A stretch of 64,000 nt of DNA, taken from the NCBI GenBank assembly GCA_964016885.1, contig OZ024746.1, forward strand, positions 65,348,001 to 65,412,000, in the 5' to 3' direction. The DNA comes from Eledone cirrhosa (taxonomy: Eukaryota). The translations under genes and the position numbers were made by a program. Every line of letters starts with the position of its first letter. The stretch's first letter is position 1. The notes below the pieces were generated by a model. That model worked only from the letters and a program-made list of their open reading frames with translations, had not been told where the DNA came from and made no database searches. This document shows positions 1-14,324 of this stretch, piece by piece.

Positions 1-25
1 CACACACACATTTTATATATACCTA

Positions 26-160
26 TACGGCCCTTGCCATTCTGAGTTCGAATCCCGCCGAGGTTAACTTTGCCTTTTATCCTTACGGGGTCGATAAAAT
101 AAAGTACCAGTAATGTACTGGATAATTGCTGGCCTTGTGCCAAAAGTAGAAACAATTATA
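26..160 (+). mobile_element. SINE family A (tRNA head + Meta/MESC-like central domain), 5'-truncated
   Basis: B-box GAGTTCGAATCC, then GCCTTTTATCCTTACGGGGTCGATAAAATAAAGTACCAG and tail GCTGGCCTTGTGCCAAAAGTAGAAACAATTA; >15 copies in window. Confidence 0.85.
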
Positions 161-913
161 TATAACCTATAATTTATTGCAATATTTTATAGATTAAATA
201 AAGAAAGAATATCTCATAGCTTAAAATTTAAATATTTTAATTTACTTAACCGAATATAATCGCTTCACTTTACTAGTTACCTAGTGTTTCTTTAATCCAG
301 TTGCACCAACATTTCAAATGTTAGATATTTTCAAAGTAATATCAATTAACAACAACAACATCAACTATTACTATGGCATTCAGTCTCTTCTTCGCTTTTA
401 CTGTTATTTTGTAGTAACAACAAATATACTGATTATAACCACTTATATTGCCAAACCATATAAAATGAAAACCTTTTAGAAAGTAACCAAGCTTCCGTTC
501 TATGAATACAGAAGGCTATTAAGGTGACGTTTCCGCCATCATCAACATCAAGCAATCATTCTATTTTGTTGATGAACAACAACGGAGGATGCTTAGCTAA
601 CGCTAATGACGGTCACCAACTTACTGCGAGAAGGCGGAATAAAGAACATTTTGTTTATCACAGTTAGTAACCAGTCTTCTCTAGATGTTGCCAAAGTCAT
701 CTTTTGTTAATCAGAATTAAATTCATTCCGTTGTTAATTACAGTTACCACCTGGTTGCCGTACCTCTATTAATTCACAGTCAACGGTGGCAATTTTATTG
801 ACGACAGTCAATTTGAATTACATCCTTGAATTGTCTTTCATGATAATATACTCTGGCATAACTTCTTCATCAACCAGCCCCTCCTCACTACTACAACAGC
901 GTTAACTACCACC

Positions 914-950
914 GTTCTTCTTCTTCTTCTTCTTCTTCTTCTTCTTCTTC
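914..950. repeat. (TTC)n microsatellite
   Basis: direct reading. Confidence 0.95.
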
Positions 951-1064
951 AAACCATAAGATATTGTTGATTTAAAAAGTCGGTAATTAACAAGAAATTA
1001 ATTAATTAGACATATGGTTTATAAATTTCTTTGGGACAAAACAACCTTACATAATTAAAGATTT

Positions 1065-1553
1065 GCTGTGATTTCCCTGTTCTCTTAATATCCTAGAAAT
1101 TAATTGTAAGGTTAGTGTAAACTTAGTTAATGAAGTGAGCCAAGACATTTCAATTAATTAAATCTATACCTGCGTTGAGGAAAGATTATTCTGGTCTTAG
1201 TGATCAATTCTGTTAGTGAAAAGAATGAGAGACAACCTCTACCTTATAATTATCTACAAATAATAGTTTATCCCATATAATTTGGAATGTCAAAGTATTG
1301 GCCGCTTTCTAATAGGTTTGTGGTCGAGGCTGCGGCCGCGGAGTTCTCCAGTGTTCTTGGCCCTCGGATCACATCTCTACTCATTGTTATCGGGGTGGAG
1401 TTGGTTACCCTCAGGTGTGAGTCCCTCGAGGTGGAATAGCTATTCCAGCGCCTCTCCTTCGCAAAGTCTTCTGTGCCTTGTCCAACTGGACTACCCGACG
1501 GCCCTTTATATTAACACGTGATCTTTCTATTTTTCATTCTCGCCCCAACTACA
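1065..1553 (-). mobile_element. possible solo LTR or other GC-richer repeat
   Basis: GC-rich island 1290-1530; minus strand starts TGTAGTTGGGG and has TATAAAGGG; no TSD found and left boundary uncertain. Confidence 0.25.
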
Positions 1554-1580
1554 TTCATCTACATCGACACTATCTACTAT

Positions 1581-1822
1581 GTGAAGGAACATGGCTTAGT
1601 GCTTAGACCATTGGGCTTGCGATCTAAAGGTTGTGAGTTCAATTCTCTGACCGGATGATGTTGTTTCCTTGAGTAAGACACTTTATTTCACGTTGCTCCA
1701 GTTTACTCAGCTGTAGAAATGAGATGATAGGACTGGGGTCCCTATCATTAAATCACCCAAGACACCTCCAGCGAGATATACCTTGGGGGAGGCCAGCTAA
1801 ACCTGCATAGGTGTGAGCTGTC
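1581..1822 (+). mobile_element. SINE family B (tRNA head + CORE-like domain), tail type 1 ending in (CA)n
   Basis: A-box TGGCTTAGTGCTTAG, B-box GAGTTCAATTC, CORE-like TTCCTTGAGTAAGACACTTTATTTCACGTTGCTCC. Confidence 0.75.
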
Positions 1823-3155
1823 ACACACACACACACACACTAACTACGCATTTATCTATCTATCTTTCAACAATAACATTGGAATGACAACTGATTTAGT
1901 CATATTGCATCAGTTCGATTTGTTTAACCTCAGATTATCATAAAATTTATGATCAAATGGCATTCAGGTCATGAATTCTCTTCTTTTTTGATTTTCATAT
2001 GTAATACATCTAGAGTCATATCCAATTAATAATTCTTTAAGGCGAGATTTGAAGGAGTGTTGGTTACGCTTTCTAGCAAATCAACTAAACAGTTAGAGAC
2101 TTTGTCATTGGGAGTCATCAATACTTTATTAATTTCTTATTGAACTATGTAATCAAACAATAGATGGCCACAATGTTTTTGTGAATATTACACATTATAT
2201 TGTAATGCATTTGCTATCACTGATTTGGATGAAGTCAAAGAACCTGCCTCAGAGAAGGAGTGCATTTCAAGACAGCTATTTAAGGTGAATCTCCGCTGGA
2301 AAAACACAAGGCGGTAGTGATTTTGAATTTCATGACATATGAACTGTACGTGAAATAATGTATTCGGATTACATCTTCGCTCCAGGTTATTAATAATATT
2401 AGACAGTTACAAACTATGACTTCGTTAAAAGTTAATGTTGAGGTGCAGCATTAGGCATAAAGAATTAGTGCGTGATGTGAGCAAAATGATGCATCAGAAA
2501 AGATTCTATTGCTAATGTATTTTAAAAGCAATAGTTAGAATGTCATGCTTTTCTTTCTTCCATGAAAGTTAATATTATCCTGAAGACGTCATACATAATT
2601 AAGAATCTAAATTTAAACAGTGACTTTAAAATAACTTTTAAAATAACAAATGTTTGTGTATAGAGGAAAAGAAATTCGAGTATTTTAATTGATAGAACAA
2701 ATAAATGAATAAATATATATGTATGTATAAATGAATAGGTGTGTGTATATGTATGTATGTATATATTAGTCGATACGAACAGAACAAAAGAATAATTTTC
2801 GATCTTCAAGCACCCATTGTAACCATGAATACCCAATGATATCACTGGTATCAAAGGAAATTCAAGTTTTTGGTAGATTAAGGATGATGTTTGCGAACGC
2901 TCAAATTATACCCCATTCATAGGGAAAATGATCTCAGTGACTGTTCAGAATCAACAGGACAAAGGGCGGGTAACAAGGCAAAATAGATTTAGCAATACGC
3001 AGGGGAGAATACGAAACAGGACGGAGCATAATCGTTAGATTACATGAGACAGTAGGAGGGAGACAAGAAAATAAAACGTTAACCTAGAAGAATAAGTTGG
3101 GAATTAAATAATGGAAATTATAAATATTACCGAAAATCTGATGATGTGCAATATT

Positions 3156-3350
3156 TAATAATTGTTTCTACTTTTGGCACAAGGCCAGCAATTATCCCAG
3201 TGCATTACTGGTACTTTATTTTATCGACCCCTTAAGGATGAAAGGCAAAATTAACCTCGGTGGGATTTGAACTCAGAACGTAAAGGGCCGTAACGCTGTA
3301 CTGCAAAACATGGCGTCCGACCTTCCAACGATACTGTCAATCCACTACCC
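3156..3350 (-). mobile_element. SINE family A, full length
   Basis: reverse complement of family A consensus. Confidence 0.9.
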
Positions 3351-3812
3351 TAATGCTTTGTTATACGCTATTTTACCCCTTTAACTAATATAAACATTAG
3401 TTGAGTAAGATGAATTGAAACATTTACAAAGCTATTAAATGGTTTAAAGCCATTTACTCCGTCAAATCATATTGTAACATATACTCTGTATTATTATATG
3501 TCCCTAAATTCTTCTAATCTTTAAATAACATCTTTTCTGAATTTCTGTTTTTATCTATAATGACATAAACACATTGAGCTTGAAACTGTTATTACGTGGT
3601 AGCATATAATCACTTCTGATTAACTCCATATATGTTTTCCAAACACACACATTTAACTTAATGGATAGAGTGTAAAATGTATTTGCTGAAGAAAGAGGTG
3701 GAAGTTAATTCGAAATAATAGAGGTGTATATGAAAATATATATAAACATATATAGTACAAATTGCTGGCCTTTGTGTCAATAGTAGAAATCGTTATTATT
3801 ATTGTTATTATA

Positions 3813-4012
3813 GGGCAGTGGATTGGCAGTATCGGTAGAGGGTTGGACGCCATGCTTTGACGCATAGAGTTACGGCCCTTGCCATTCTGAGTTCAAATCC
3901 CGCCAAGGTTAACTTTGACTTTCATCCTTACGGGGTCGATAAAATAAAGTACCAGTAATGCACTGTGTATTTGCTGGCCTTGTGCCTAATGTAGAAACAA
4001 TTATTGTTATTA
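3813..4012 (+). mobile_element. SINE family A, full length
   Basis: GGGCAGTGGATTGGCAGTATCGGTAGAG head, B-box, central domain, (ATT)n tail; extra tail fragment at 3761-3800. Confidence 0.9.
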
Positions 4013-4036
4013 TTAAATATATATATATATATATAT

Positions 4037-4232
4037 AGCTCAACAGTGACACAGAGGAGACTGAGGTTAGGACACACTAGAAGAGGAAGACCAAGGTTAA
4101 CGTAAGTTGATGCCCTAAGGACAGACACTGGTCTGTTGGAAACGCAGGACATGGCAGCGATAATGAGGGACAGAGACCGCTGGAGAGAACTCGTCCATGG
4201 ATCTCAGGAATTTTACCCGCCCTAGAATAGAA
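4037..4232 (+). mobile_element. RTE-clade LINE 3' end fragment with internal deletion
   Basis: near-identical to the 3' segments at 22140-22384 and 49625-49750 (RGRPRLT...[12 protein letters not shown]). Confidence 0.85.
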
Positions 4233-4329
4233 TATATATATATATATAGTTGCCTCAATTTGGGGTTGTAATCATTAAAGACAGAATCCTCAATATGTAC
4301 ACATAGAGGTAAATATACTAAATTATATA

Positions 4330-4467
4330 AAACACATGACAAATTGGCATATACGTTCCTAGGTACTGGGAATTCCCTGATGTGATTGTCTGACGAAGAA
4401 AACATCAATAATATCAGATCACTTCGGGAAACTCCGAGTACCTAGGAATGTCAGTTTGCCATGTTTT
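4330..4467 (+). ncRNA. hammerhead-like motif within an imperfect inverted repeat (Penelope-type terminus)
   Basis: CTGACGA (4390) ... GAAA (4428) CTCCGAG TA; arms 4330-4386 and 4418-4467 are reverse complements; stem I not evident. Confidence 0.55.
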
Positions 4468-4544
4468 CTATATAATATATTATGTATATATAAATATATT
4501 TATAGACTATATATATATATATACATATATATATATGTTTTTTT

Positions 4545-4702
4545 TTAATCGCTGGTTAATCAATGATAAACATAGATTGCCAAATAAATTAACTATGGAG
4601 ATATAAAAGATACAGAAACGAAAACCAACCAAACAGTGAGTGTGTTCTGTTATTATTTCTGGCAATATTACAACAATATGACCCTCCCCAAGTATAACAA
4701 TA
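4545..4702 (+). mobile_element. 3' tail of a Penelope-like element family
   Basis: matches 40390-40700 (downstream of GIY-YIG remnant and HHR) and both arms at 31203-31331. Confidence 0.65.
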
Positions 4703-6042
4703 TATATATACATGTATATATATATATATATATATTCGTTGCCAGTAATTTTTGCTGACTACATTTGGCATGCGGCTAATTTTGTGAGAGAGGTGTAATC
4801 GATCATAAAATGTGTTAGTTACACATTTTAAGCAAATGATTGCAAAAAGCAACAAACCATCTGACGGCACTTATTTATCACATGTTGTAAACCGCATTAA
4901 CTATTATACTTCAGTGAGTTTGCAAATACTGGGAGGTGAATGACTGATGAGTAATATTGAAAGCAAATATGAAAATAGTTTGTTTAATATGTGAATATTT
5001 TCATAAGCCCGCAATATTTAAATTTGTACAAAATTCTTATTTCAAAGGTATCCACCTTGCTTTTCATCTTTTCAGAGTACTTTTGTGTTATTAATATATT
5101 GAAACAATAGGAAAATTTTGGCAGATATATATTTCTTTTTTTCTGAAATGGTTATCAGTATAGACAAAACAAATATACATTTGAAAATAACATTATTTAG
5201 CTTCAATAGATATTTGCTTAAAAAATTAATCTTCCTTCTTTCATCATTTCATTATATACTTGTGTAAATGAATCACTGTTATATAACGATGAGAAATTTT
5301 CCTCACAAATTTTTCATGAATTGCATGCCGTATATATTTAAATGTTTGAAATTTCTGAAAACATATTTATATAATTTTTATTCATTCCTAAAAGAACACA
5401 AAGAGAAAGAATACATCACGAAATTCTGGGAAATTATTGAAGCACATCATTCGTGAACACGGAGTTCTTTTTAACTGTTTTGTACAAAGTTCAAGCAACA
5501 GTAAGATGCATGCCGTCCTTTCCTATTGGGTTGTTGGGTAAGTTGTCTAAGTGATTTGTAGTTTCAGTGGTGCAAGTATACCCCAACATATATCCTTGGT
5601 GAACGGCAATCCTTAGATATACTGGGACTTCACTATACTAACAGCCTGGAGGCTTGAACTCAACAGGCTTGATACTGTAGTTAAACAGAGAAATAGGCAT
5701 GGATGCCTGATTATTAATGTTATAATCCCTAGAAACTACAATATAGTATTGAAAGAAATTAAAAAATATATACTTACTTGCAAATCCAATTTATAAGAAT
5801 GTTGTCACCAGCTCATAATATCAAGATAATTCCAGTTGCCTTTTGAACTATGGACTTAATACCACTAAAACTGAATATAGCTCAGTATCACTTAAACCGG
5901 AAGCAAATAGAACTTAAATCACGAAAGGAATACCGTGTTTAGCACTGCGCATAAACCCAGAAAAGCACTGTCTGTCTAAGGCGCTTGTTGAAACAGAGTA
6001 GAATATGCAATTATCATCACCGTTACTGTGTAAACTATCAAC

Positions 6043-6444
6043 ATTAATAATGGTTTCTTATTTCGGCACAAAGCCAGTAATTTGGGAGGAGGGGAAAGTC
6101 GATTAAATCAAGCCCAGTGCGTGACTGGTACTTTATTTTATCGACCCCATAAGGATGAAAGGCAAAGTCAACCTCGGCGGGATTTGAGCTCAGATCATAA
6201 AGAGCCGCAATTTTTATGCTGCAATGCATGGCGTCCGACCCTCTACCGATACTGCCAATCCACCGCCCTAAACATTAATAATAATAATTGTTTCTACTTT
6301 AGGCACAGGGCCAGCAATTACCCAGTGCATTACTGGTACTTTATTTTATTGACCCCGTAAGGATGAAAGGCAAAGTCAACCTCGGCGGGATTTGAACTCA
6401 GATCGTAAAGGGACGTAACTATGCTTACTGCCAATCCACCGCCC
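6043..6444 (-). mobile_element. two tandem SINE family A copies (6043-6269 long-tail variant; 6275-6444)
   Basis: two reverse-complement matches to family A separated by (AAT)n. Confidence 0.9.
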
Positions 6445-6462
6445 TTGATAATAATAATAATG

Positions 6463-6463
6463 T

Positions 6464-6548
<85 letters not shown>
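6463..6548. repeat. (ACT)n microsatellite
   Basis: direct reading. Confidence 0.95.
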
Positions 6549-7648
6549 TTGAAGCTGCTTCTAACGAAAAAAAAAATTGTTCATTTGCATTATTCTTTAT
6601 CTAAATACTTTACAGACATGTCATTGTCAGCGTTGTCCTTTTTTTATTGGAAAACAATATTGATAAATTACTAATGTTCTATGAATTGTCAAAATAATTA
6701 TTAGATTGTTATGCTTCTTGTTTTCATCTAGACGTTTAATTGCTGAACCAATTGAGAAGGAAATTTATGTCTGTTACCATAATTCAGTGGAACCAAATCT
6801 GGTAGAACTTGCTTACCAATTAAGCTTCGGTGTTTTCGCTTGAAGAATGGAAGTAAAACAGATTATTATGAAAATATTACATAATACTATGATTTTCATA
6901 TTTAAAAGGTCCCCAAAATATGCATCTTGACATCTTGGAGAAAGCAACATAGTTTTCTTAAATAAGAAAATGTCGCACGTTGAAATTAAAATGGCCAACT
7001 GTTGTGATTAAATATCAGCATTTTAATATACTTCTGAGCATGTCTCGTAATTTATTCTATAGTGTTTCAACTGATCCTGGCTATAGACAACATGCATTAT
7101 ATTTTTATGAGCCAAAGTTACTTGCAATAAAATTGCATCATATATACACTCTGAGACTGACTTAGCTCTGAATACCATAACACTATCGCAATGGTGGTTG
7201 AGCAACGACTCAATGGTTCTCATGTTTATTAAAATAATCAAACGAACTAACAAAACTAATCTCATAGAAAGGGAGTGAGAAAGATATATAGAGGAAGAAT
7301 TGACCTCAGTAATGGACTGGTGCATTTATTTATCAACCTCGAGAGAAGGAAATGTGAAGTTGGCGTCGGTGGGTTCTGAATACAGAGCGCCGAATCGAAT
7401 ACTGAAAAGCGTTCTATCCAACGTACTAAAAACTCTGCCAATTCGCAGCCTTATATACGCACACGCACGCACAAACATAGGCAGAGACACTCACACAAAT
7501 ATGTATTTATGCATGTATAAGTATATATCACACACATATATAAATATATGTACGTAGGCATAATTATGAATATATATATATACGAATGCCTTTGTCTACA
7601 TATATATGTATATGTATATACACATATATATATGTATCTCAGTATCTA

Positions 7649-7702
<54 letters not shown>

Positions 7703-9228
7703 TACACATGTTTATCTGCTTCCTAAATAACACGTTATAATTCATTCTGGGAACGACTGTTTGGTGTTGTTTGGGAAATGGAAATGTTCAGTGATTGGCG
7801 TTTGGCTTGGAAATATCCGAAATATTTCGTGTTATTGTATAATAGCTTAAAAATATAAAGAGGAACTGTCTGCTACTTAGAAATGTTACGAGGTCATAGC
7901 TTCTTTAATTTTCACTGCGGTTTATGCCAATAATATGATCAAGTAAAAGAATTACTATATAAACATGACATAAAAATATATATCTATATTTTCATAAGAC
8001 TCATTATCTGTCATCTATTTCCTGTGACCTCTGGCCAACTAATCGATAATTGTACTTTTTGTTTTTAGACATTTTCTTGTTGGTAATGAATTAAATAAAG
8101 ATATGGTGAGAGGAAAAATGAAGAAATAGAAATAATCTATAATAAAAGAAACATGAGAATATGATGTTTGTTTACTTGGCAAAAGCCACTTTGTCATCAA
8201 TCAAGTTATTTTCCTTCTGATATGATAGGCGTGTATCAGGAAATGATTACATTTTCTCACATGCTCCGATTTACGACATGGCTTCTGATTTCAGATTAAG
8301 TTTGAGTTTCTAGACCGATAACAACATATCAAAATCATTATTTCGCATTTATTGACAAACATCTTAATAATACACTTATAATATGTACAAAAAGATAGCT
8401 ATGAGAAAGGAAGGATGAAAAAAAGAAGCTATACGAACGTAGGAATATTAGCTATGTTAATAAATATTTTTGAAATACACTCGAGTAAAGGCGTGTGGTT
8501 GTTAGAAAGCCTAATGTTAAAACATGGAAACAAGTAGAAATTATTGGAAAACTGTCAAGTTTAATTGATGAGAAATAAATAACATTTTATAAAGAAATAA
8601 GGGAGATCTTTGAGCCAAAAATACATCAAGAAATATAGGGAAAATAATTTTTATTGGTGTATATTGGCGGATTGATTGTTTATTAGTTTTTGCAAACATA
8701 TTGCAAAAGTAATGATAATCGATTGCGAAAAAATATTGTTGAGCAATAAAACTTGTTAGAAAAAGTTTCGTATTTTTAATTGGAAAATAAGATTAATAAA
8801 ATAAGAGATATTAGGGAAATAATGAGTACAAAATCTGTACGAATATTGAAATGACAGAGAATGAATGCTCAAAGAAAACAATCAACATATGTTTCTCTTT
8901 TTGTTATTGGTATTTAATGTTTTTTGATGTTACTTTTATTCAATCTTTCTATGTGAGGGTCATAAAAATATAAAGGAAACAAGTCAAAACTTCATAAAAT
9001 ATTGTTTATGTTATTCTTAAGTTAATTTTAAAATTACAGGAGTTTATGACAGAAAAGAAAATGTTAGAATATATAAGATAGTCGGAGAATTTGTAAAAAT
9101 TACACCATGATTATATATTATTTAACATAATGGCATTTTAGAACAGAATTTTTATAGAATAACGCAAGCTGTTGTCTAAGATATCCGAAGAGCACACACA
9201 AATATATATATTAAATTAATTTTTTTTT

Positions 9229-9540
9229 ATGACATCAGAAATACCAAGAGAGAAATCAGGAAACTGTGGAGAATCAGAGACGTTGAAGTGGTACCGACTG
9301 TGGTTGGCACACTGGGAACAGTTAATAAAGGGATGGAGCATGGTTTGAGAAACTAGGAATTACCATCAGGACATGATTGTTGCAGAAAGCAGCCTTGCTG
9401 GGAACAGTAATAATTCTAAGAAAGGTGTTCGAAAGTTTAAGGAGAAGGAATGACTCAAAGGACCTTTGGCCATTGGTATAGTGTCAGTATAATATCTGCC
9501 AGAACAAAAGAGTTAAATAATAATAATAACCATAATAATA
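9229..9540 (+). mobile_element. R4/Dong-like non-LTR retrotransposon 3' end (RLE C-terminus), frameshifted
   Basis: manual translation EIRKLWRIRDVEVVPTVVGTLGTV...LLQKAALLGTVIILRKVFES*, short UTR, (TAA)n tail. Confidence 0.75.
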
Positions 9541-9912
9541 GTTTCTTTATTAGCCACTCAGGGATCACATTAAGAAAACATTAAAGACGGCACAGGACGG
9601 TACATTGTGTGTATTTTTTGTGTAAAATAAAATTTAAAATAGAAACTGAGAAAATGAACGTTTAAAAAATCAAACAACAAATTCCCCAAAAGTTGGGAGA
9701 CACCGATGGTCACTCGTGGAGAAAGCCCACAAAAAATGCTACGATAACTCTGACCTTTAAGTGCCCTCCCTCAGTTGTTCTCCTACGATGTGCAGACGTA
9801 TATTCAAATCAGGCCCATTCACAAGGGACATGCTCGCCATTCTCACTCACCTTTTAATAAATTGGATGGAAAGCAGCCCTTTCCTTTCTACCTTCATTTT
9901 CCTTTTCAAGTG
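9541..9912 (-). mobile_element. L1/Tx1-like LINE 3' end
   Basis: minus strand LKRKMKVERK...FIKR; ends GTGGCTAATAAAGAAA; related copy at 60341-60672. Confidence 0.5.
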
Positions 9913-9924
9913 AAATAATAATGA

Positions 9925-10119
9925 TAATAATTGTTTCTAATTTTGGTACAAGGTCAGCAATTACCCTAGTGCATTACTGGTACTTTATTTTATCTACCAC
10001 CGTAAGGATGAAAGGCAATGTTAACCTTGGCGGGATTTGAACTCAGAACATAAAGGGCCATAACTCTATGCTGCAAACCAGGGTGTCTGACGCTCCACCG
10101 ATACTGCTAATCCACCGCC
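9925..10119 (-). mobile_element. SINE family A
   Basis: reverse-complement match. Confidence 0.88.
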
Positions 10120-10568
10120 TTGATGTCAAATTGCTGGTTAAATGAAAAGAAAATATTAAGATACTTTTAACTCTATATTTGTAGAAGTACAGGGAAAACG
10201 GATTCGTTTTCTTAATAGTCCCTTATATATTTACATAATGACTTATAAGTGTGTCATTCTTGCACCTTGGTAGAAGTCGTAGACATAATATAGGCTTCCA
10301 GAGAGGTGATTTAAAGTTTCACCCTCATTTTCTGTTTTTGATTATTTAATTTTACATATATCACTAATTTCCCCTGAGGAAAAAGTCACGAAAATCATAT
10401 TATATAATTGAATTTGACTTCTATTTAAATCAGAGTGCCTTAAATAAATGTAAGAAAAATGTCGCCACGAATTGTTTGGTAAATAATCAATAAGTAATTA
10501 AATCCTTTTAGTGTTACACACACACACACACTCACACATATGTATGTAAGTGTGTGTGTGTGTGTGTG

Positions 10569-10600
<32 letters not shown>

Positions 10601-12226
10601 GTAAAACAAAATGTGAGAGATGAGTACTCTGTGCGTTGTAATGTGATTAATCGAATGCAAAAATTGAATGGGGTGAAGTACCAACATGCAGGACAATAAA
10701 GGATCTTGCGGAAAAAAGTGGGGAACGCCAAAGACATAATGAATACATGGGAAATTCCGATCATCAGCCGACTTCTCTAAGCTCACGGTTTTTCAGTAGG
10801 TAGAAGGTCGGGCAGCCAAAACGTTGATTCCTACAACGAAAACGATTCCAGTTTAGTAAGGTGTAGCTCAGAAGAGCTTAACAACACGAAAATACCCATG
10901 TCTCTTTAACACACAGAAATTATGTTTATTTAGTGTGTTGAGAACAATGGCAGGGATAATTAGATTCGGAAGAATTGTTACAAGTATTGAAATTTCTCGT
11001 CCACTGTGAAATATCAACTTGAATAACAATCGAACACATGTTGAAAACTTGACCGACAAGATGCTTGACGATAAACAATTAATAAGTTGCAACAAAATAA
11101 CAGTATAACTTTATATTGGTGATAAACTATATGTTGTAACTAAGTTTTGCTGAAATTCACTGAAGAGTTTATGAGTATAATTATAATTTTTGGCAATATT
11201 TCGATTCAGAGAAACTAGATATCTTTTAACCTTAAATTCTATCACTCAATTTTATCAGTTTTTTGCATACTCCATTGTTTTACTAAAATTATAAACTTTA
11301 AAGTCAATTTCTACATGTTTTACCACAGAAAAAAAAACGAACAAAAAAGAAATATGTGCCTGGAAGCAATATGAAGTTAGCCTAATTCGATCATTTTGAT
11401 TCTTTCTTTGATTTGGTATCTTTAGTAGAAATGGACTTTATAATCCAAGCTAAATTAGTATCGTGTCTTAAGATTCCACAATAAATGTTGTTAATAACCA
11501 TGAGACAGTCGTGCAACGTATTGTATAGCTGTCTGGTTAAAAGATGACTTCGGAATCATATGGTTCTGTGTTCAATCCAAGGGCGCAGCAAATCTTTCTA
11601 CAAGTTGACTATTCACAATATCATGAGAATGGAGTTTGTCAGACATAACATATATTATAGCCGTCCCTTCTGCGCGCATTCATATATATATGTGTGTGTG
11701 TGCATGTGCTCGTAAATGTATGGGCGTGCGCCTGTGTGTATGTATGTGTATGCAGCTATATATCTTTCATTGATGTATATTGATAAAGTATATAAACATT
11801 AGCGACAAAATAGAAATTCTGTTGCTTTATAAACGGAGACTTTTGAGAAATTTGTTATGTGTCTAGGTATAGACAGAATGATGTCAATCGTATCACCAAA
11901 AATTCACTAGACACGTGATTGGCCCACGGGAAACCTGTAAATAAAGATGTAATTCTTAAGTAATTAAGATGTAAAACAAATGGCTAGAAAGATTTAAATA
12001 GCAACAAATCTGTCTTCACATCCTTAACAATGACGAATAAAAATTAACCATTCGGGTTAAATTATAAACTTTCAGCACTAGCAATAAACATCCAACTAAT
12101 GACTTTTGATGGCAATGAATATATTGAGAAATGTTCTTTGAAATTTTCTGAATTAATTGAATCTCCATTTGAGCAGTTTCCACTCAGTCAATATTGAATT
12201 TATACACATTGAATTTTTTATATATA

Positions 12227-12379
<153 letters not shown>

Positions 12380-13059
12380 GTATATATGTATAAAGAGAAA
12401 ATTAAGAGTGAAGTATTTGTAGATAATTAAATTATACAATAGAAAACCTTCGCTGACGAATTCGTTGCTGCAGTGTCTATTTTAATTTAATAAAGAAATT
12501 CCGAAAATATTTTCTTCTTTTTGATGTTGTCCAGGTCAGTTCTGGTGGAGTACACTTATAATCAAAACTTTTCCTTATTGTGAATTTGATTCAGATATAG
12601 CCTATCTAGGACTACATTATCAAATGTATTGTTACTTTTTAAGAAAAGCTTTTAAAGAGAAATTTAGCTGCCCTTTCTAGCGGTTAGAACAAGCAGGAAG
12701 AGTATAACAGTATACCATGCTGGTTCATGTTTGATATATATAAATAATTACGATGCTGTAGAACTAGGAGTCTTCTTGGGGCACTGGTATTTGAACATAT
12801 ATTTAAGAATTGAAACTGACTTTGTTTTTCAGTGCAACATATTTCTTTAGTAAAAATATTAAACAAATGCTAAACACACTATTAAAGGAAACAAGACAGG
12901 AAAATGAAAAAGAACAACAACAAAATAAAGAAAAGAATTAAACAATGAAAGAAAGGAAAAGTGTGAGGGGCTGACACTAAACCACAGTCTTAATGGTGTT
13001 TCAGCTACACTCTACAGACAAAATAGCAAAGGCATTACCGCAGAGAATGGTCGGAGACA

Positions 13060-13670
13060 TACACAGCAATATCCACTCCTTCCTCAAGCACGCAAGATTA
13101 ATTTCGTTGGTGCGATTGCCATTACCACAGTCGAAGGCAGTCGGCTCCAATTTGTGACGGAAACGTAGCTGCGTTGAGTGAGTATTCTTCTGATGATGCT
13201 GTCGAGAGTGACGTGTCGAGGAAGCTGGTCTGCACTAAGTTGGAAAGATAACGCGTGTAGACCAAACGCGTCAATAACTGCTCCAAACGAAATTTGTGTG
13301 TCTCACACACGCAGAGACCGTGGTGATGTGCCACTCCAATGTAGGAGCAGAGAACGCCAAGAAGGGTATCGGTAGTTGGCGAGGCATCGAATTGAGCCAA
13401 GAAATTGATTGGTTAAAAGGTGGAGATGTGTCAGGTGAGTCGATGTTGATCCGAGGAAGACTCGATCAGCCTGAAGGTGGACATACATTTGCCGTCTTGC
13501 AGAGGATCTCGTTGATGAGCGTGTGGCTGGTGAAAATTGAGGAGAGATAGCTCAGCAGTGCGAGATCAAGAGTGGATAGGAGACCAAAGCCATCGTATCT
13601 CACAGGGAGTTTCACCTGTTGCCAGTCGGCACTGTCAGAATAAACATTGCAGATGTGTTCAGTGATTCAC
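13060..13670 (-). mobile_element. CRE-like non-LTR retrotransposon fragment (post-RT region to zinc-knuckle/RLE), degenerate
   Basis: manual translation WQQVKLPVRYDGFGLLSTLDLALLSYLSS and GAVIDAFGLHALSFQLSADQLPRHVTLDSIIRR, paralleling the 51.5-52.4 kb copy. Confidence 0.7.
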
Positions 13671-14145
13671 TAAACATGAAATATATGATAAAATAGGCAT
13701 TGCTGGAATGGCTTTAATCATAGATCTGATAGAACAAGGATGACCTGGTGCTAAAACATAGCAACAAATATGAAAGTTTTGTTTCAAGAACGGCTATAAT
13801 AGTTTCTAATTTATTTTCTAAAATATCACGTTAAACGATATCTGTCCACAAGTAGTTACGGAAATTTGAAATGTGTTATAGAATAATCTCTAAAACTATT
13901 TTCATTTGATTTGATATCAAATAGTTCATACATGTTTATTTTTGGGAGATTGTTATAAAGCAATAAAGCAACACCCGCATTGTAGAAACACTTTCTCCGG
14001 TAATGGAAAGACACAAAGAAACGATGACAGTTTGAAAACTCTCAAACATGACATCTGTTAGGAATACTTTCAACAGAATATATTACCGGGTGGGTAATTA
14101 AATATACTATTCAATAACTGGTATAACCCATCACACGGACCTCCG

Positions 14146-14324
14146 CAGTGCCGGATTTAGGATAAATGAAGCCCTGTGCTAGTTAAATTGAGAAGTCCCT
14201 TACATGGGCCCTGATGGGGGGGGGGGGGGGGGGGGGGGGGGCATTTTGGCAGGAAGATGGGCCCTCCTGGCCAACGGGGCCCTGTGCTTAAGCATACCTA
14301 AGCACAATGGTAAATCTAGCACTG
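14146..14324. mobile_element. MITE (hAT-like) with internal poly-G
   Basis: TIRs CAGTGCCGGATTTA / TAAATCTAGCACTG; imperfect 8-bp flanks GACCTCCG / GAACTCCA; G-run ~14216-14241. Confidence 0.7.

Noticed and set aside
3813-3905. tRNA genes at SINE heads
   Set aside because: A/B boxes are present but always fused to the same SINE body in many diverged copies; no clean cloverleaf
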